DNA of 63,249 nt from an uncultured Bacillales bacterium (GTDB lineage Bacteria > Bacillota_I > Bacilli_A > RF39 > UBA660). Below the pieces are notes generated by a model that worked only from the letters and a program-made list of their open reading frames with translations, was not told the origin of the DNA and did no database searches. The stretch covers positions 1 through 63,249 of the forward strand of contig CANSPQ010000005.1 in the NCBI GenBank assembly GCA_947648915.1, written 5' to 3'. This document shows positions 59,893 to 63,249 of the stretch, in pieces. The position numbers and the translations under genes were made by a program. Each line of letters begins with the position of its first letter. The stretch's first letter is position 1.

Positions 59893-60513
59893 ATGAAAAA
59901 ATTAATAATTTTACTCCTGTGCATATTGGCAACAGGTTGCACAATTGTTAGAATCGATACGAGTAGTATTGATAATATTTTGTCTGTAGTACTCTCAAAG
60001 GAAAATAATTTATATAATCAAGTTGGAAAAGGATATAAATACTATGTTCCAAGAGGTGTATCCTATATGGATACAGATGAACTCAATGATAAATTATATT
60101 CAAATGGAGTGTATTATTACCTTTATATTGATGCAGTTTCCTATTTTTATAAAATAAAAATGGATTACCAAGAGAAAGATAATTTATATTATTCGAAAAA
60201 GATAGAAGGTTCAAAAGAAGGTTATTTAGAAATTACAAAAGAAAATGACAAATATCGCATTGATTTTATGTATAATTATGCAAAAATAGAAGCATTAGTA
60301 AATAAGAATGAGATAGAAAATGTTATTTTAAATGCATCTTATATTTTATCTACTGTAAAATTTAATGATAATGTGATTGAACTAATGTTACAAGAAGATT
60401 ATCTTACGAATCGTGAGGAAAAATATGATATATTTGCTTCCAAGAATCCCGAGTCATCAATTACAGGTGAAACATATGATGCGGATATAGAAGCAGAAAA
60501 TAATGAAAATTAG
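59893..60513 (+). CDS. putative lipoprotein
   Basis: MKK plus hydrophobic stretch plus ATGC lipobox. Confidence 0.7.
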   Translation: MKKLIILLLCILATGCTIVRIDTSSIDNILSVVLSKENNLYNQVGKGYKYYVPRGVSYMDTDELNDKLYSNGVYYYLYIDAVSYFYKIKMDYQEKDNLYYSKKIEGSKEGYLEITKENDKYRIDFMYNYAKIEALVNKNEIENVILNASYILSTVKFNDNVIELMLQEDYLTNREEKYDIFASKNPESSITGETYDADIEAENNEN

Positions 60514-60525
60514 AGGTGATGTATA

Positions 60526-61548
60526 GTGGGTTTAATGGATAAATTTAAAAATCTATTTACGGAGGAAGTTGAAGAGGAAGACGTAAAACCGATTAAAAAA
60601 GAGGTTAGACATGTAGAGATTCCTTCTCCAAAAAGGGAAACAAGGGAGATTAAGACAGCATCAGTTAGTGAAAAGATATCTGATAGTGTTGCTGTTAATA
60701 AAGAAGAGAAAATTTCTTTTCCTCTTTATTTTGATGATAAAGATTTTGATGATTTAGAAAAACCAAAAAAGGAGCAAAGCCCTGTTAAAAAAGAAATACC
60801 AAAATCAGGAGCTTATCAGGGAGCAAAGATTCAAAAGGTGGAACAACGCAGATTTGAAGCTTCCCCAATTATTTCACCAGTATATGGAGTTTTAGATAAA
60901 AACTATAGAAAAGAGGATATTCCTACACGTAAAGAACAACCAGATGATTATACTAGAAGACCCAAAAGAATAACAGTGGACGATATTCGCAATAAAGCTT
61001 TTGGTACATTAGAGGATGATTTAGAGGATACTTTATTTGGAAATAAATCTATTTTGTTTAATGACATAGAAGAATCTGCAATCGAAAAGCCAGTAGAAAC
61101 AGGAATTGATATATTTGGCGAATTGCAATATGAAGAAGAATCTAAATCAACTATAGAAGATAATGATATTGTAAAGAATGCTATATTAGAAGATACTCAA
61201 GATTCTAGTAGCAATGGTTCATTTGCACCCAATGAAGAAGATATGGATGAAGATACCATACTACTTGCAAAACAATTAGAAGAACAAAAGAAAAAGTTAG
61301 AAGAGATTAATGAGTATATCAATGAAAGTTCTGCAGAAGATATTATAGATGAAATTCAAATGAAACATGCGGAGGAACAAACAATAAAAGAAGAAAAACC
61401 TGTTGTTGAAGAACCATTAGAGGAAACAAGTAAAGAAGAATCAAAACAAGTGAATGAACAACTAGATGAAGAAACATCGGAAGATTTAACTGAAAGTGAA
61501 TTACTGAATTTAGTAGATGCAATGTATGAGAAAAGGGATGAAGAATAA
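60526..61548 (+). CDS. acidic hypothetical protein
   Basis: MGLMDKFKNLF amphipathic start, SPIISPVYG motif, Glu-rich. Confidence 0.7.
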   Translation: MGLMDKFKNLFTEEVEEEDVKPIKKEVRHVEIPSPKRETREIKTASVSEKISDSVAVNKEEKISFPLYFDDKDFDDLEKPKKEQSPVKKEIPKSGAYQGAKIQKVEQRRFEASPIISPVYGVLDKNYRKEDIPTRKEQPDDYTRRPKRITVDDIRNKAFGTLEDDLEDTLFGNKSILFNDIEESAIEKPVETGIDIFGELQYEEESKSTIEDNDIVKNAILEDTQDSSSNGSFAPNEEDMDEDTILLAKQLEEQKKKLEEINEYINESSAEDIIDEIQMKHAEEQTIKEEKPVVEEPLEETSKEESKQVNEQLDEETSEDLTESELLNLVDAMYEKRDEE

Positions 61549-61847
61549 TGGAATGTGTTAATACAGTATTTCCAATCATATTATATATACTAGGTGCAGT
61601 ACTATTAATTGTTCTAATTATATTTATAATTAAATGTATGGGTACCTTGAAAAAAATCAATACAGTTGTAGATGATGTCAGTAATAAGGCGGGAAAATTG
61701 GATGGTGTATTTAGTTTAATTGATAATACAACAGATGTGATTTCCAATGTTGGTGATAAAGTGATTGATTTTATTACTGGAGCTGTTACTGGGTTATTTT
61801 CTCATAAAAGAAAAAAGAAAGTGGAGGAGGAAGAAAATGAAGAATGA
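61548..61847 (+). CDS. YtxG/DUF948-like membrane protein
   Basis: N-terminal TM plus coiled coil; upstream of a YtxH-like gene. Confidence 0.65.
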   Translation: MECVNTVFPIILYILGAVLLIVLIIFIIKCMGTLKKINTVVDDVSNKAGKLDGVFSLIDNTTDVISNVGDKVIDFITGAVTGLFSHKRKKKVEEEENEE

Positions 61848-62265
61848 TAAACAAACGAAAAGGAAAAAAGGAGTTGGAAAGTTACTAGCTGGAGTTGCAA
61901 TTGGAGCTGGGTTAGGTGTTTTATTCGCACCAAAAAAAGGTTCTGATACTAGAAAAGAATTGAAACAAAAATTTGATGAAATGTTAAAAAAAGTGAAAGA
62001 TTTAGACAAAAAAGAAGTGAAAGAAAATATTGAGAACAAAATCTATGAAATTAAAGAGAGTTTGTCTGAGTTAGATAAGGAAAAAGTAGTTAAAATTGCA
62101 AAGAAGAAAGCAAAAGATATTCAAAATATGGCTGAAGAATTGGTAGAGTATGCAGTGGAAAAGGGAACGCCAGTTTTAGAAAAAGCAGCAGAGGCAATTC
62201 GTGAAAAAGCAATTGATGTAACAAAAGAAGTATTAAATAGATTAGAAAAAACAGAAGAAAAATAG
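61837..62265 (+). CDS. YtxH-domain protein
   Basis: GAGLGVLFAPKKGSDTR. Confidence 0.85.
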   Translation: MKNDKQTKRKKGVGKLLAGVAIGAGLGVLFAPKKGSDTRKELKQKFDEMLKKVKDLDKKEVKENIENKIYEIKESLSELDKEKVVKIAKKKAKDIQNMAEELVEYAVEKGTPVLEKAAEAIREKAIDVTKEVLNRLEKTEEK

Positions 62266-62270
62266 ATTAT

Positions 62271-62333
62271 AAAATAGTTTGCGAGTAGGAAGTGTTAGCT
62301 ATTTGTAAACGAGGGAGGGGTAACCCTCTTTTT
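62271..62333 (+). promoter_or_regulatory. conserved prepilin-leader element, copy 3
   Basis: GTTTGCGAGTAG (62277-62288) pairs with CTATTTGTAAAC (62299-62310), then GAGGG-GTAA-CCCTC-T5. Confidence 0.75.
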
Positions 62334-62439
62334 AGTGGTGTAAAGAAAGGAGTAAAAGAATTGAAAGTAGGAAAATAAAGTGATAGACTAAGTATAAGAA
62401 AGAATAAAGAAATACAAAATAGAATAAGGAGTGAATAAA

Positions 62440-62475
62440 ATGAAGAAAAAAGGATTTACACTCTCAGTCAGATAG
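62440..62475 (+). pseudogene. prepilin stub MKKKGFTLSVR*
   Basis: AAGGAG RBS, ATG AAG AAA AAA GGA TTT ACA CTC, then unrelated sequence and a stop. Confidence 0.7.
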
Positions 62476-62506
62476 CAAAAAATCCTCCAAATAATGGGGG
62501 ATTTTG
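62476..62506. terminator. terminator (spoVS, probably bidirectional)
   Basis: AAAATCCTCCA-AATAA-TGGGGGATTTT. Confidence 0.75.
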
Positions 62507-62511
62507 AATAT

Positions 62512-62772
62512 TTATCTAGCTTCTACAATTAATTTAATTGCAGTTCTTTCTTCTCCATCAATTACAATATCTGTAAATGCTGGAATACATACTAAATTTT
62601 TACCACTTGGTGCCACAAATCCACGTGCAATGGCAATTGCTTTAATTGCTTGATTAAGTGCTCCTGCGCCAATTGCTTGAATTTCAACAGATCCTTTTTC
62701 TCTAAATACATTTGCGAGTGCTCCTGCAACTGAATTTGGATTTGATTTTGCTCCAACTTTAAGTGTTTCCAT
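62512..62772 (-). CDS. spoVS: stage V sporulation protein S
   Basis: LKVGAKSNPNSVAGA...GAGALNQAIKAIAIARGF...ERTAIK. Confidence 0.95.
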   Translation of the reverse strand: METLKVGAKSNPNSVAGALANVFREKGSVEIQAIGAGALNQAIKAIAIARGFVAPSGKNLVCIPAFTDIVIDGEERTAIKLIVEAR

Positions 62773-62893
62773 AAATATATCTTCCTTTCTGATTACATTA
62801 AATTCTATGAAGAGAAAACTAAAATATGTATTGTTTTAAAATGAAATAATAAAAATAGGAAGAACATTATGAAACTGTGTTATTTTGTAGATT

Positions 62894-63241
62894 TTAACTA
62901 AGTTTTCTGTAAACGATTTCTTTTGCTCTATAAACTTGTTCATTTGTTATAGAATCTAATAGATTTACGGGATTTTCATTATTTTTATTTATTACTATTC
63001 TGCTAAAATATTCTATTAATTCTTTATGGAAACCTATACTTTCTAAATAATTTAAATAATTATAGAATTTATCTATGCTTAAATTATTAATATTACAACC
63101 ATATAAATAATTTAATATTATTATAATATAGCAATATATATCTGTATTTTCATCTGCTACTATGTGAGCTGATACATCATCTTTTACTATTTTATAGTTA
63201 GTGTAGAATAAGTGTGGAGATATAGAACCTAAAAAATAGAA
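62894..63241 (-). pseudogene. C-terminal part of a possibly kinase-like protein (start outside the window or frameshifted)
   Basis: 116-codon open frame ...DENTDIYCYIIIILNYLYG...NENPVNLLDSIT...RKLS*, with no start codon. Confidence 0.45.
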
Positions 63242-63249
63242 TTATAACT

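Noticed and set aside
674-62039. Many 60-150 aa ORFs overlapping long genes in other frames or on the opposite strand
   Set aside because: Shadow ORFs of well-supported genes, with no RBS or motifs.
62271-62333. Leader element as an integron attC site
   Set aside because: The order is GTT...AAC rather than RYYYAAC...GTTRRRY, it lies upstream of genes rather than after cassettes, and no integrase is present.
1-63249. CRISPR array, tRNA/rRNA genes, IS transposases, prophage
   Set aside because: No regularly spaced repeats, cloverleafs other than the tmRNA ends, DDE/HUH transposases or phage genes were seen.

Overview
AT-rich chromosomal window from a low-GC, spore-forming Bacillota genome; the gene content and style suggest an uncultured, reduced Bacilli lineage such as RF39, which is inference. 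It is mostly housekeeping genes on the + strand: smc, ABC-F, def, ftsW, rubrerythrin, PFOR, sepF-divIVA-ileS, recG, rnr-smpB-ssrA, dinB, pyk, leuS and trmB. Sporulation genes are also present: spoIIAA-like, sigF/G-like, spoVAC-AD-AE, a YjcZ-type peptide, spoVB and spoVS. The most notable unexplained structure is a conserved ~65-nt element (a G-U-rich 12-bp stem plus an intrinsic terminator) present three times. Each copy lies upstream of a type IV prepilin 'GFTL' start: one intact 646-aa pilin-like gene and two truncated stubs. This suggests an undescribed leader RNA and/or a pilin-cargo exchange system. Other notable items are a LeuRS with an inserted Nudix domain and a KMGKR motif, an IleRS2 with a GLHH motif, a spoIIA operon lacking spoIIAB with a non-phosphorylatable SpoIIAA, and two T-boxes with non-canonical terminators. 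The window also has an unannotated type I toxin-antitoxin locus, a uORF attenuator plus an sRNA around a GNAT gene, two Rpn paralogues with internal starts, and a degenerate GH31. All calls are by eye; no database searches or folding were run.
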